From Mobula hypostoma (Eukaryota), in assembly GCF_963921235.1 (NCBI RefSeq), contig NC_086097.1, positions 157,234,001 through 157,298,000 of the forward strand: a stretch of DNA of 64,000 nucleotides. Direction: 5' to 3'. Both the position numbers and the translations under genes were made by a program. This document shows positions 25,551-38,880 of this stretch, in pieces (position 1 is the stretch's first letter; every line of letters begins with the position of its first letter). The notes below the pieces were generated by a model. It did no database searches and was not told the DNA's origin. It saw nothing but the letters and a program-made list of their open reading frames with translations.

Positions 25551-27084
25551 AAAAAGGATGGACACTATAACAACACTGACTTCTCAAAACAGAAGACCAT
25601 TGATGCATACAAGAAAATCACCAAAACAATTCTAAAAGATAAGCTATCTTCTTCAGTTTGTTCACTAATTCTCCAATTACAGAGACAACTGAAAACCGAG
25701 CGTAAAGCATTGGACATTGATGTTCCACCTCTGGGATCTCAGTTTGAATTAAACTCAGACTAACAAGATTAAAGCCTCCTGGAGATATGGGTTATACAAG
25801 AAATAAGTTTCAGCCATCTCAAATCTGAGCTCACAGCAGAGACAGCAGCAAATAACTGTTAATTGGGACTTCACTCAAGAGAGCCAGCGTGGGAAGTGAA
25901 AAGATGTCAGAGTGCTGCAGCAGTGTGTTATCCTTCTAAGTTTGGGGCTCAATACATTTTCAGGGGAAGGTAGAGTAGGTTTACCCCACAACCAGCTATT
26001 ATATTCTAAAATGGAAATCCTTTTACTGATTTGAAATTAACCCTCGTTAGTGTTCACAAACTCTACCCATTGATAAGCATAAAATCAAAGCAAAGAGATT
26101 AAAGTAATAATCAACAGAGGGAAAAAATGTACTTATAGTCAAGAGTTTAAGCAGAAAATTGCAGCCTGCTCCCCACGTTAAAGTGAAAATTAAACTTCTG
26201 TTCTAAGCAACTTTACAGATGTTGACAGGTCTGGGAAAGCTAATGTATCAAAAATAATCTCAGTGCTGTGGAGAATTGCCAAATGCCTTTTAATTATATA
26301 GTTGCTTTTCATCCATCTTGCTTCTTTCATGCAAATATGACTTTTTCCACATATTTGCCTTCTCTTCTATTATAAATTCTTGAGGTTAGCTACGGTCTCA
26401 TACCCCTTCCTACTGACCTGTAGAATTTAAGGATTGAATATCGGTACAGATTTTATTTGTGGATTTAAATGGCTCTGTAATCAAAATCATGTATAGTCAC
26501 ACTCTAGACAGAAATCACAGTGCTGAACTTAAAGTGCACTCTTATTTTCCCCTCCATAACTCAACCGTAAATTTACTGCTTTCATCACCATTGCAAATCA
26601 TGTCAACAATTTAGGTAGCTTTAGATTACAAACATTTCTTTCTTTTGTCATTGAATTCCCTTGCAGAATACAATGTATGAGTAATTGAGCTAATATAAAG
26701 AAAGTGCTTCCAAGGAAATAGTTGATTGGCTCTCCTCAAAACAAATTAAGAGAATAAATATAATCCACCATAATCCATCTTGCTTTACTCCTTGGTTGAG
26801 TGAGTGTGTGTGTGTGTGAGTGAGAGAGAGAAGAAAAAAATGAAATAAAAGAAAACATACCAGAATCTGGAAACAATCCCCAGTCGGAACAAATGATATT
26901 GTAGTTCTTGCTATCTTAAAGATAGGATGAAAAGTGTGCGTCAGAAATATTCTTCAATACAATTGAGGGCAAGTCGTTGGATAACTTTGAGGGGATGGCT
27001 TTTTGCGACCTTCTGTGCAAGATCTTTTAAAGCACAATCTTTGGAAATGGAGAGTTTGTTAATCTTGAGGATTTTTGTTACTTG

Positions 27085-28440
27085 TTTGTGTCCCAAATTC
27101 TGTTTTTTGTAGCTCTGTGCATAATTGATACTAAATGTCTTCACACATTTCATCAATATGACGAACTACATAGTTATTACTTAGGGGAATTGATTTTAAA
27201 ATAATGTTATCCATTTTGAGAACAGTGGTGAGCTCTTCTGATATAGCAGGCATTATTAATCTTTCACCAGTTGTATGAGATTTTGCACACTTTTCCATCA
27301 TTTTTGGATATGTTATAAGAAGCAATGAGACCACTATCAAGGTCATTTTAGCTTTCTGGGCATATGACTAAAGTGTGCAATGCTCAAATGCTTCTTATCA
27401 TCTTCTGGAACTGAGTAATACCATAAGTAGCCTTTCCAGGGTGCTTTTATGAAAGTGTTCCTACACTTCGTGATTTCATGGCTTCATTAGACAGTACAGT
27501 ATTACAAATAAGACACATGGTTCATCGCTGATCTGATAGGAAGGGGATATGTAATGTTGTATTGACACACTTTCTGTAGTTTCTGTTTCTTAGGATTAGA
27601 ATTCAAGGCTTCACTGCCTTCAGGGCTAAATTAAAATAAAAATTAACACAAACTGGGAGTGTCTATTGGATGTTGATGACAGCAGCGTGTTAACATGGAA
27701 CAATGTAGCGGCACGCAAAGGAACGGTGAGGAGATAATGAAGATCATCATCAACAGTGAAATTTATGTTGACAAGATTCAGACTGGAATCTGAATGTTAG
27801 TCAGGATAGAGCTGGTGTTTGGGAAGCTACCTTTATACTATTGCTGTTAGCGCAATTGACCTATCATGCATGGTCTCATAATCCCCAAAGATGGTTCTTG
27901 ACTGCACATATGAAGTTAAGGCCTCTTTGAACACCTCAAGAGGAATCTTCAAGGTCAGCAGGTTTACTGATTGGCTCTATTTCATCGTTTGATTCCCTCA
28001 GCGCTGTATTGTTGCATGACCTGTTTTTCCATAGGTCTGTAGAGAAAGTTGAGAGGGTGTACTTGACTTAGCAACTGTTAAATGACATGAATTTGTTCCA
28101 TTCCGCAAGTCAAGGAGAACTGTTGGGCAACCTGGTTACTAACTTATCCATTCCCAATCATGTCTGTTTGATTGGTGTGGTCAAATGAGATTGTCGAGTG
28201 TCAGACACGTTATGAGGACAAGTTCTCACCATCTGAAGAGCTATGGTTCTTCCTGTGTTCCAGTGCCTCATCCTTTTTTCAAGGAAGTGCCTCCTCTATT
28301 AACGCTCAGTCAGGTCTCTTGCCTCAAGTTAGGGTGCGGATTACCTCCCCCCACCCAAGAATCTTGAATGTCCGCTGTCGACTTCTATTTTCACTAATGC
28401 CCCCCTAGCACACGTAATTGCCCCCTGTTGGGAATCACTG
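27085..28440 (-). mobile_element. hAT (Charlie-like) DNA transposon 5' fragment
   Basis: CLICNTVLSNEAMK (BED-finger-like); AKSHTTGERLIMPAISEELTTVL..SIPLSNN..RHIDEMCEDI; TIR-like cagtgattcccaac at 28440 on minus. Confidence 0.8.
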
Positions 28441-30421
28441 CTCTCAGATTAAAGCTGATCAAAGGAAAAATGGAAAATTAGATTCAAAGATGATGTTGGT
28501 CAGTATTTTTGTGACTGGAAATCTCTGAACAATGGTGTTTGACAGTAACCATTGCTGGAATCCCACCTATATATATTGTTTTATAATATAATACATATAA
28601 TACAATTATATTTTGACCATCCACTAGATTATTTTATATAAAATCTAGATGTGAATGAGAAGGCATGATGAGTAAATTTGCAAGTAGCATGAAAATTGGT
28701 GATACTTTTGACAGATGATATAGAGTATTGTGAAAAAGTCTTAGGCACATATATATAGTTAGGGTATTTATGTATTGCAATTTACTGCTGCCACACAAAA
28801 AACATAGTTCATGACATATGTGAGTGATAATCCTGATTCTATATGTATCTCCATTGTGGACTGAGAGTTAGAAGGGGGCAGAGAGAGGGAAATCATGGTT
28901 TGGGAAAGGGGAGGGAGCAGGAAGCACCAGAGAGACATTCTGTAATGATCAATATACCAATTGTTTGGAATCAACTAACCTTGCCTGGTGTCTTAGGGTC
29001 AGGTATGTCAGCACCCAAGCCACTGACAGCCCCGGCACTCTTCTCTGCCAGGTGTCCTACACCCCTCCCTCATCAATCCACCCTCATCATTTCCAACATC
29101 CTTTGCTCCCTGCAGATTTACATACTTGCTCTCTGCTCCATGTTCAGGAATACAGTACTGTGCCTAGAACTGTACATCCATTGAAAAGGTGGAATTTATT
29201 TCTGATGAGTGTGCAAGGCAATGAATTTTTTAAAGTCTTGTCAGGGTATACACCATGAATGGAGAATGCAGAAATGAGGATCCCTGGGAGTACTGGAGAA
29301 CAGATATGTTGCTGCTGAAGTCCAAGGATTCATGAAGGTGAAATCATAAGTAGATAAGTTTTGAAGAAGGTATATGAGATATTTGTTTTCATTGGCTCAG
29401 ATGTGGAATATAAGACCAAGAAAATTATGGTACAACTTGAGGAAACATTAAGTGAAACTACAGCCGGAGTATTGTGTTCAACTCTCGTGACAACACTATA
29501 GGAAAGACACAATGGCTCTGGAGATGGTACAGAGAAGGTTCACAGAATGTTGCCTGGAATGGAGTGTTTTGTTAGTGAGGAGAGAATGGATAGACTGTTT
29601 TTGTTTCCATTGGAGGGTGAGTTGGACCTGACTGTGATACAAGTACTCCGCAGGTCGTGGCAGCATTGCATTCCTGTGAATTGTTCATAATCTGGACAGC
29701 TCACAAGTTGGAAATGCTGCCAGCACCAAGTTCTTCAGCTGGCTGAAAATGCCTGCAGCCCCAGAGCAGCCGGCATATCCGTCCCTTCGGTCTGGGCAGG
29801 GGCCAGTATACAAAATTTATGAGGGACACAGATAAGTTAGATGATCAGAAAATGTTCACTGTAGCTGCAGAGTCTAAACCTTGTGGATATCAAGACAAAT
29901 CTACTGTCAGATGCCGTTATTTGATAAGGTGAAGGTAAAAAAAAAAAAATTGAAGGTAAAGAATAAAAGGTTTAGAAAGCTCTGAGGAGCAATTTGACAT
30001 GGATGTGGTGGACTAAAAATTCTGTTTCTGAGTGTTGTGAAATGGGACTGGATGAGATATATCCCAGTTTACCAAGCAAGCAAAGGAAGAGATTGCTGCG
30101 TCTTTGGTGATGAACTGTGCGTCCTCACTGGCCAAGGCGTAGCACCAGATAACTGGACAGCGGCAAATGTTATTCTTTATACAAGAAAGGGATAACTCTG
30201 GGAATTATAAACCAGTGAGTCTTACTTTAGTGGTGGGCAAATTATTTGTGAGACAGGATTTACAAGCATTTAGGAAGCATAGACTGATCAGGGATAGTTA
30301 GGATTGTTTTGTGAGGGGCGGGACATACCTCACGAACCTGAGTGAATTTTTTGAGGATGTAACAAAGCACATTGATAAAGGTAGAGCAGATAAGGTGGTG
30401 TATATGAATTTTAGTAAGGCA

Positions 30422-31625
30422 GTGATGTAGTGTACCTGGACTTTCAGAAAGCCTTTGATAAGGTCCCACATAGGAGATTAGTGGGCAAAATTGGAGCACA
30501 TGGTATTGGGTGTAGGGTACTGACATGGATAGAAAATTGGTTAGCAGACAGGAAACAAAGAGTAGGGATTAACCGGTCCCTTTCAGAATGGCAGGCAGTG
30601 ACTAGTGGGATACTGCAAGGATTGGTGCTGGGACTGCAGCTATTTACAATATACATTAATGATTTAGATGAAGGGATTAGAAGTAACATCAGCAAATTAG
30701 CAGATGACACAAAGCTGGGTGGCAGTGTGAAATGTACAGGGGATGTTGAGATAATGCAGGATGACTTGGACAGGTTGGGTGAGTGGGCAGATGCATGGCA
30801 GATGCAGTTTAATGTGGATGAATGTGAGGTTATCCACTTTGGTGGCAAGAACAGGAAGGCAGATTACTATCTGAATGGTGTCAAGTTAGGAAAAGGGGAA
30901 GTAAAACGAGATGTAGGTGTCCTTGTTCATCAGTCACTGAAGGTAAGCATGCAGGTACAACAGGCAGTGAAGAACGCTAATGGCATGTTGGCCTTCATTA
31001 CAAGAGGAGTTGAGTATAGGAGCAAAGAGGTCCCTCTGCAGTTGTAGGGCCCTGGTGAGACCACACCTGGAGTATTGTGTGCAGTTTTGGTCCCCAAATT
31101 TGAGGAAGGACATTCTTGCTATTGAGGGAGTGCAGCGTAGGTTCACAAGGTTAATTCCTGGGATGGCGGGACTGTTATATGTTGAAAGATTGGAACCACT
31201 GGCCTTAATATACACTAGAATTTAGAAGGATGAGAGGGGATCTGACTGAAACATGTAAGATTATTAAGGGATTAGACACGCTAGAGGCAGGAAACATGTT
31301 CCCGATGTTGGGCGAGTCCAGAACCAGAGTCCATAGTTTAAGAATAAGGGGTAGGCCATTTAAAACGGAGTTGAGGAAAAACTTTTTCACCCAGAGAGTT
31401 GTGGATCTGTGGAATGCTCTGCCTCAGAAGGCAGTGGAGGCAAATTCTCTGGATGCTTTCAAGAAGGAGTTAGATAGAGTTCTTAAAGACAGTGGAGTCA
31501 AGGGATATGAGGAAAAGGCAGGAACGGGGTACTGATTGTGGATGATTAGCCATGATCACAGTGAATGGCGGTGTTGGCTCGAAGGGCCAAATGTCCTACT
31601 CCTGCACCTATTGTCTATTGTCTAT
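30422..31625 (+). mobile_element. Younger 5'-truncated CR1 LINE (RT to 3' tail)
   Basis: YLDFQKAFDKVPH...LADDTKLGG...RPHLEYCVQFWSP...NFFTQRVVDLWNALP; tail cctattgtctattgtctatt. Confidence 0.95.
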
Positions 31626-32212
31626 TTGATAAGGTTCCTCATGGTAGACTGATTCAGAAACTGAGAAAGCATGGAATCGAGGGACGCCTAGATATGTGGA
31701 TTCAGAATTTACTTGCTCGTAGAAGGCAGAGGGTAGTTGTGTATGAAGTATTTTCTGCCTGGAAGTAGGTGACCAGTGATGTTTCCCAGGGATCTGTTCT
31801 GTGATCCCCATTCTTTCTCATTTTTATAAATGACTTGGACGAAGAATTGGAAGGCGAGTTAGCAAGTTTTCAGATGACAGAAAGGTCGGTGGAGTTATCA
31901 AAAGTGTCGAAGGTTGTCATAAGTTATAATAGGGCATTAAAAAGATGCGGCACTGGGCTGAGCTGGGCAGGTGGAACTCAATCCAGAAAAGTTAACTGAT
32001 TCACATTGGAAGGTGAAATTTGAAGGCAAAATACAGGGTTAATGACAAGATTCTCAGTAATGAGGAGGAACAGAGGAATCTTGGAGTTCATGTCCATAGA
32101 TCTCTCAAAGTTGCTGTGCAATTTGCTAGGGTTATTAAATAGGTGTATGGTGTGCTAGCGTTCATTGGTCAAGGGATTAAGTTCAAGAGCCGCGAGGTAA
32201 TGTTGCAGCTCT

Positions 32213-33305
32213 TTTCTTTTTTTCTTTTTCAATCTTTTTATTAGTATCGTAATGATGAAGTTTAACATAACATAATAATCATACAGTTATTGGGATTACA
32301 TTGTAATTATCATATATAAATATAAACCCAGTTAATACATGGATATTAAACCTCCCAATCTTACAGGATACAAATATTATAGGTAAATTAACATGAAAAA
32401 GAAAAAAAGAAAAAAATATATACCCCCCCCAAAAAAACTAATCTAATAAGATAGACCAACAAGACCAACATGAGCTGTTGTGAAAAATAAAAAAAAGAAA
32501 CGTTGGTGTCGTTGACTCCGCTCCCCTCAATATATACTAAAAAGAAATAGAGTACGTTTGGAAAAGGTCAAATTACATCATATGAATGTATTGAATAAAT
32601 GGCCTCCAAGTCTTTCCAAATTTAATAGAGGGATCATAAATAACACCTCTAATTTTTTCTAAATTTAAACTCAACATAGTTTGAGAGAACCAATGAAATG
32701 TGGTGGGCGGATAGATCCCTTTCCCATTCAGCAAAATGGATCTTTTGGCCATTAGTGTAAGAAATGCAATCATCCAACAGGCTGAAGATGTTAAAAGATT
32801 TGGTTCTATCATTGGTAAACCAAAAATTGCAGTAATAGGGTGGGGTTGTAAATCAATACTCAAAACAGTTGAAATAATATCAATGATATCTTTCCAGTAT
32901 TGTTTTTTAAAAGAGGACATGACCAAAACATATGAGTTAAAGAAGATATTTCAGAGTGAAATCTATCACATATAGGATTTATATGAGAGTATTAATGAGC
33001 TAATTTATCCTTAGACATATGAACCCTGTATACTACTTTAAGCTGTATCAACACATGTTTAGCACATATAGGGGATGAATTAACTAATTGAAGAATTTTT
33101 TCCCATTTTTCAATAGGTAAAGTAATCTTAAGTTCCCTTTCCCAATCGATCTTAACTTTATTAGCTACGTCTGGACATATTTTCATAATTATATTATAAA
33201 TGTTTGCTATTACACCTTTCTGAAAAGGATTTAAACCTAAATTTTTTTCCAAATTATCCGATGAACGTAAGTTCGGGAAGGTAGGAAGAATGGTATTTTA
33301 AAAAT
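32213..33305 (-). mobile_element. 5'-truncated L1-like LINE 3' end
   Basis: KIDWERELKITL..WEKIL, AKRSILLN, FGKTWRPFIQYI; A-rich tail at the 32213 end; 12-bp TSD tgttgcagctct (32201-32212 and 33306-33317). Confidence 0.9.
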
Positions 33306-33484
33306 TGTTGCAGCTCTATAAAACCATGTTTGGACCACAATTGAAATAGTATGTTCAGTTCTGGTCACCTTATTATAGAAATGATGAGGAGCTTTAAAGG
33401 TAGGTGCTGAGAGATTCAGCAACATTCTGTCTGAATTAGGAGACATGGCTTATGAGGATAGGTTGAGCGAGCTATAGCTTTAAC

Positions 33485-36400
33485 CAACAGCCAGTCCTGA
33501 TATCAGAAGTTTGGAGAGGAGGGAACTTCCATCAGATCCACTGCCCGAGGATAAGGGGTAGGAGCGGCTCATGGCAGTGCAATAGAGCTTTGATCAGCAG
33601 CCAGTTGACATTTGGGATTGATTAGACAGAGCAAATTAAAGAAAGGCAGGAGGAAGCGCAGCGGCTGTTTTCTGAGTGGACATAGTCAGAGAGGTGATCT
33701 AAAGGATTTAGCTCTTCGAGGCTTCAGCAAAGAGAGGCTTCTCTCAGAGAAAGCAAAGGGTAAAAAAGCTCATTTTTTCCTTCTCTTCTGTATATTTGTT
33801 CAGGGACATTGGAGATGCCAGGCAGGATAGCACAATGCTCCTCTTGCAGGATGTGGGAAGGCAAGGACACCCCAGTATCCCTGGCCACTACACCTGCAAG
33901 AAGTGCATCCAGCTGCAGCTTCTTACAAACCATGTTAAGGAGTTGGAGCTGGAACTGGATAAACTCTGGATCATTTGGGAGGCTGAAGGGGTGATAGGTA
34001 GGACATATAGAGAGGTAGTTACACCCAAGGTGCAGGACACAGGAAAATAGGTAACAGTCAGGAAACGAAAGGGGTTTAGGAGCCAGTGGCCATCCCCCTC
34101 AACAACAGCTATATCTCATTGGATACTATCGGGGGGCGGGGGGAGATGACCTATCAGAGGAAAGGCACAGTGGTCGGATCTCTGGCACTGAGTCTGCCTC
34201 TGTGACTCAGAAGGGAGGGGAAGCAAGAGGCACGCTGTGGGTACAGGGGATTCGTCAGATAGGGGAATGAACAGGAGGTTCTATGGGCAAGAGCGAGATT
34301 CCCAGATGGTATCTTGCTTCCTGGGTGCCAGCATTCAGGATATCTCGGATCAAGTCCTCAGCATTCTAAGTGGGAGGGTGAACAGCCAGAGTCATGGTTC
34401 ATGTAGGTACCTATGACATGGGTAGGACGAGTGATGAAGTTATGAATAAGAAGTTCAGGGAGTCAGGTACCAAGTTAAAGGGGAGGACGTCCAGGGTTGT
34501 GATCTCAGGATTGCTACCCATGCCACATGCTGGTGAGGCTAGAACTAGGAAGATTATACAGTTTAATATGTGGCTAAGGAGTTGGAGGGAGGATAAAAGA
34601 TTTTTGGATCATTGGGCTCTCTTCCAGGGATGCTGGGACCCATACAGAGGGACAGTTTGCACCCGAAATGGAGGGAGACTAATATCCTCACAGAAAGGTT
34701 TGTTATGGCTGCATGGTAGGACTTCAACCAGAGTTGCAGGGGGATGGGACCCAGGGTACCAGAAAAGTTAGTGGAAAGGTTGTGGAGGCTGATGTTGGTA
34801 AGAACTCTGACATGTTAGGAATGAAAAGGTTGAGCATAGTGCAACAAAATCGAAAAGGGTGAATACAGGACTGAAGGCGTTGTATCTGAATGCACTCAGT
34901 AAACAGAATAAGGTAGATTAACGTGCAGCACAGTTGCGATTGGCAGGTATGATGTTGTAGGCATCACTGAATCATGGATGAAAGAAGGTTATAGCTGGGA
35001 GTTTAATGCCCAAGGAGATACATTGTATCAAAAGGACAGCAGGAAGGCAGAAGGTGTGGCATTGCTCTGCTGGTAAAAAATGAAATCAAATCATTAGAAA
35101 GAGGTGACATAGGGTCAGAAGGTGTTGAATCATGTTGGATAGAGTGAAGAAACTGCTGGGGTAAAAAGACCTTGATGGGAGTTGTATACAGACCTCCACA
35201 CAGTAGTAAGGATGTTGACTACAATTAACAATGGGAGATAGAAAATGTATGCCAAAAGGCAATGTTACAATAGTCATGGGGGACTTCAATATACAGGTAG
35301 ATTGGGAAAATCAGTTTGGTACTGGATTACAGGAGGGGGACTCTCTAGATTGCCTCCAAGGTGGCTTTTTAGAGCAGTTTGTGATTGAGCCCACTAGAGG
35401 ACCAGTTATTCTCAATTCGGTATTGTGTAATAAACCAGAATTGATTAGTGACCTTAGGGTAATTTAACCCTTAGGGGTAAGTGATCAAAGCAAGATTGAA
35501 TTCAACCTGAAATTTGAGAAGGAGAAGCTAAAGTTAGATGTATCAATATTACAGTGGAGTAAAGGGGATTACAGAGGCATGAGAGAGGAGTTGGCCAAAA
35601 TTGATTAGAAATAAACACTGGCAGGGATGATGGAAGAGCAGCTAGGCTGGAATTTCTGGAAGTAATTCAGAAGGCATGAGATATATACATCCCAAAGAGG
35701 AAGTAGTAATCTAGAGGAAAGATGATACAAACCTGGCTAACAAGAGAAGTCAACACCAACATAAAAGCCAAAGAAAGGGCATATGGTTGAGCAAAAATTA
35801 GTGGGAAGTTTTTAAAAGCCAACAGAAAGCAATGAAAAATATCATTAAGAAGATAAAGATGGAATACGAAAGTAAGCTAGCCAATAATAGTAAAGAAGGT
35901 ACCAAAAGTTCCTTCAGATACATGAAGTGTAAAACAAAGGTGAGAGTGGATATCACACCGCAGGAAAACAATGCTGGAGAAGTAGCAATAGGAGTCAACA
36001 AAATGTCAGATGAACTGAATGAGTATTTTACATCAGTCTTCACTATGGGAAACACTATCAGTATAGTGGAAGTTCCAGGTGTCGGGGGTATGACATTTGT
36101 GAAGTTACCATAACTAGAGAGAAGGTTCTTGGAAAGCTGAAAGATCTGAAGGTAGATAAGTCACCTGGACCAGATGGTGTCCACCACAGAGTTGGCTGAA
36201 GGTATCATAGAGACATTAGTAATGATCTTTCAAGAATCACTAGATTCTGGAATGGTTCTGGAAGACCGGAAAACTGTAAATATCACTCCTCCCTTCAAGA
36301 AGGGAGAGAGGGAAAGGAAACTATAGGCCAGTTAGTCCGACCTGAGTTGTTGGAAAAACGTTGGAGTCAGTTAAGGTCTCAGGGTACTTGGAGGCACATG

Positions 36401-38235
36401 ATAAAATAGGTCGTAGTCAACATGATTTCCTCAAGGGAAAATCTTGCCTGACTAATCTGTTGGAATTCTTTGAAGAAATAACAAGTAGGATAGACAAAAG
36501 AGAATTGGTTGATGTTGTGCATAATTCCCTAAAGGTTAATTTTTAGGTTTAATTTGTGATGAGGAGGGCAATTGTGATGTTAGTATTCTTTTCAAGAGGA
36601 CTAAAGCTTTCAGAAGGCCTTTGACAAGATGCCACATATGAGATTGTGGAACAAAATATGAGCCCATGCTGTTACAGGAAAGATTCTAGCAAGGATAAAG
36701 CAGTGGCTGATTAACAGGAGACAAAGAGTGGGAATCAGGGGAGCTTTTTCTAGCTGGCTGCACATGACTAGTGCTGTTCTACAGGGATCTGTGTTGGGAC
36801 CGATTCTTTTTACTTTATATGCCAATGATTTGGATGATGGAATTGATGGCTTTGTGGCAAATTTTCCAGACAACATGAGGATACGTGGAAGGGCAGATAG
36901 TTTTGACGAAGTAGAGAGGCTACAGAAGGACTTAGACAGATTAGGAGAATGGGTAAACAAATGGCAGATGGAATACAGTGTCAAGAAGTGCATGGTCATG
37001 CACTTTGGTAGAAGAAAGGGATGACTATTTTCTAAATGCAGAGAAAATGCAAAAAATAAACTGAGGTGCAAAGGGACTTGGCAGTCCTTGTGCAATATTC
37101 CCTAAAGGTTAATTTTTAGGTTGAGTTTGCGATGAGGAAGGCAATTGTGATGTTAGTATTCATTTCAAGAGGACTAGAATATAAAAGCAAGGATGTAACA
37201 CTATGATTTCATAAAGCACTGGTGAGGCCTCACTTGGAGTATTGTGACCAGGTTTGGGCCCCTTACCTTAGAAAGGATGTGCTGAAACAGCAGATGGTTC
37301 AAAGGAGGTTCACGGAAATGATTCCAGGTTTGAACACTTGTCGTAGGAAGAGTGTTTGATGGCTCTGAGCCTATATTCACAATAATTCAGAAGAATAAAA
37401 GGTAACGTCATTAAAAAATGTTGAATGATGAAATGCCTTGATAGAGTGGATGTGGAGAGGATATTTCCTATGGTGGAAGAGCCGAAGACCAGAGGCCACA
37501 GCCTCAGAATAGAGGGGCACCCTTGTAGAAAAGAAACAAGAAGGAATTTCTTTAGCCAGAGGGTGGTGAATCTGTGGAATTCTTTGCCACAGGCAGCTGT
37601 GGAGGCCCAGTCTTTATTATATTTAAGCTAGAGATTGATGGGTTCTTGATTGGTCAGGACACGAAGGGCTATCATAGTCATAGTCATACTTTATTGATCC
37701 CGGGAGAAACTGGTTTTCGTTACAGTTGCACCATAAATAATAAATAGTAATAAAACCATAAATAGTTAAATAGTAATATGTAAATTATGCCAGGAAATAA
37801 GTCCAGGACCAGCCTATTGGCTCAGGGTGTCTGACCCTCCAAGGGAGGAGTTGTAATGTTTGATGGCCACAGGCAGGAATGACTTCCTATGACACTCTGT
37901 GTTGCATCTCGGTGGAATGAGTCTCTGGCTGAATGTACTCCTGTGCCCAACCAGTACATTATGTAGTAGATGGGAGACATTGTCCAAGATGGCATGCAAC
38001 TTGGTCAGCATCCTCTTTTCAGACACCACCGTGAGAGAGTCCAGTTCCATCCCCACAACATCACTGGCCTTACGAATGAGTTTGTTGATTCTGCTGGTGT
38101 CTGCTACCCTCAGCCTGCTGCCCCAGCACACAGCAGCAAACATGATATGAGGAGAAGGCAGGAGATTGGGGGCTGAGAAGAAAATTGGATCAGCCATGAT
38201 AAAATGTTAGAGCAGATGCGATGGGCCAAATGGCT
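33485..38235 (+). mobile_element. Near full-length decayed CR1 LINE
   Basis: ORF1 Cys motifs (CSSCRMW, CKKC) and esterase-like VHVGTYDMG/VVISGLLP; ORF2 endonuclease VMGDFN; RT KGKSCLTNLLEFFEE, GSVLGPILF; many stops and frameshifts. Confidence 0.92.
37672..38146 (-). mobile_element. Rex1/Babar 3' fragment inserted in the CR1 3' end
   Basis: FAAVCWGSRLRVADTSRINKLIRKASDVVG...RKSFLPVAIKHYN; tail aataaagtatgactatgactatga on minus. Confidence 0.88.
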
Positions 38236-38411
38236 CCTACATCATATGGTTTTTCTCTTTGGAGCAAAGGAGGATGTGAAGTGGCTTGATAGGAGTACAA
38301 GATGATAAGGCGTAAATCAAGGGGGTAGCCAAAGATAGTTGCCCCTGGTGGAAATGGCTATTACCAGGGGGTATAATTTTAAAATGATTAGAAAAACACT
38401 TAGGGGAGGAT

Positions 38412-38780
38412 AGAACCACAGAACCATAGAACACTACAGCACAGAAAACTGGCCATTCAGCCCTTCTAGTCCATGCCAAAACATTATTCTGCTAGTCCCA
38501 TTGACCTGCACCCAGTCCCTAACCCTCCAGACCTCTCCCATCCATGCATCTATCCAATTTATTCTTAAAACTTAAGAGTGAGCCCGCATTTACCACATCA
38601 GATGGAAGCTCGTTCCACACTCCCACCACTCTCTGAGTGAAGAAGCTCCCCCTAATGTTCCCCCTAAACCTTTCCCCTTTCACCCTAAAGCCATGTCCTC
38701 TCGTATTTATCTCTCCTAACCTAAGTGGAAAGAGCCTATTCACACTTACTCTGTCCATAGACCTCATAACTTAGTAAACT
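38412..38780 (-). mobile_element. CR1 3' end
   Basis: TRGHGFRVKGERFRGNIRGSFFTQRVVGVWNELP; ttctatgg-type tail. Confidence 0.9.
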
Positions 38781-38880
38781 GTAAGGTCCTTACCCAGAAA
38801 GTGGTGGATGCAGGGAACCTGCCAAAGCTAGTGGCAGAGACAAGTAAACCGGGTTCATTGAAAAAAATACTCTTAGATAC

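Larger units (their letters stand above)
30045..33480 (+). mobile_element. Older CR1 LINE ORF2 remnant, host of two insertions
   Basis: NYKPVSLTLVVGKL...YLTNLSEFFEDVTKHIDKGRADKVVYMNFSKA | FDKVPHGRLIQKL; resumes at 31626 and again at 33306. Confidence 0.85.

Noticed and set aside
26795..26832. (GT)n(GA)n microsatellite
   Set aside because: Ordinary simple repeat
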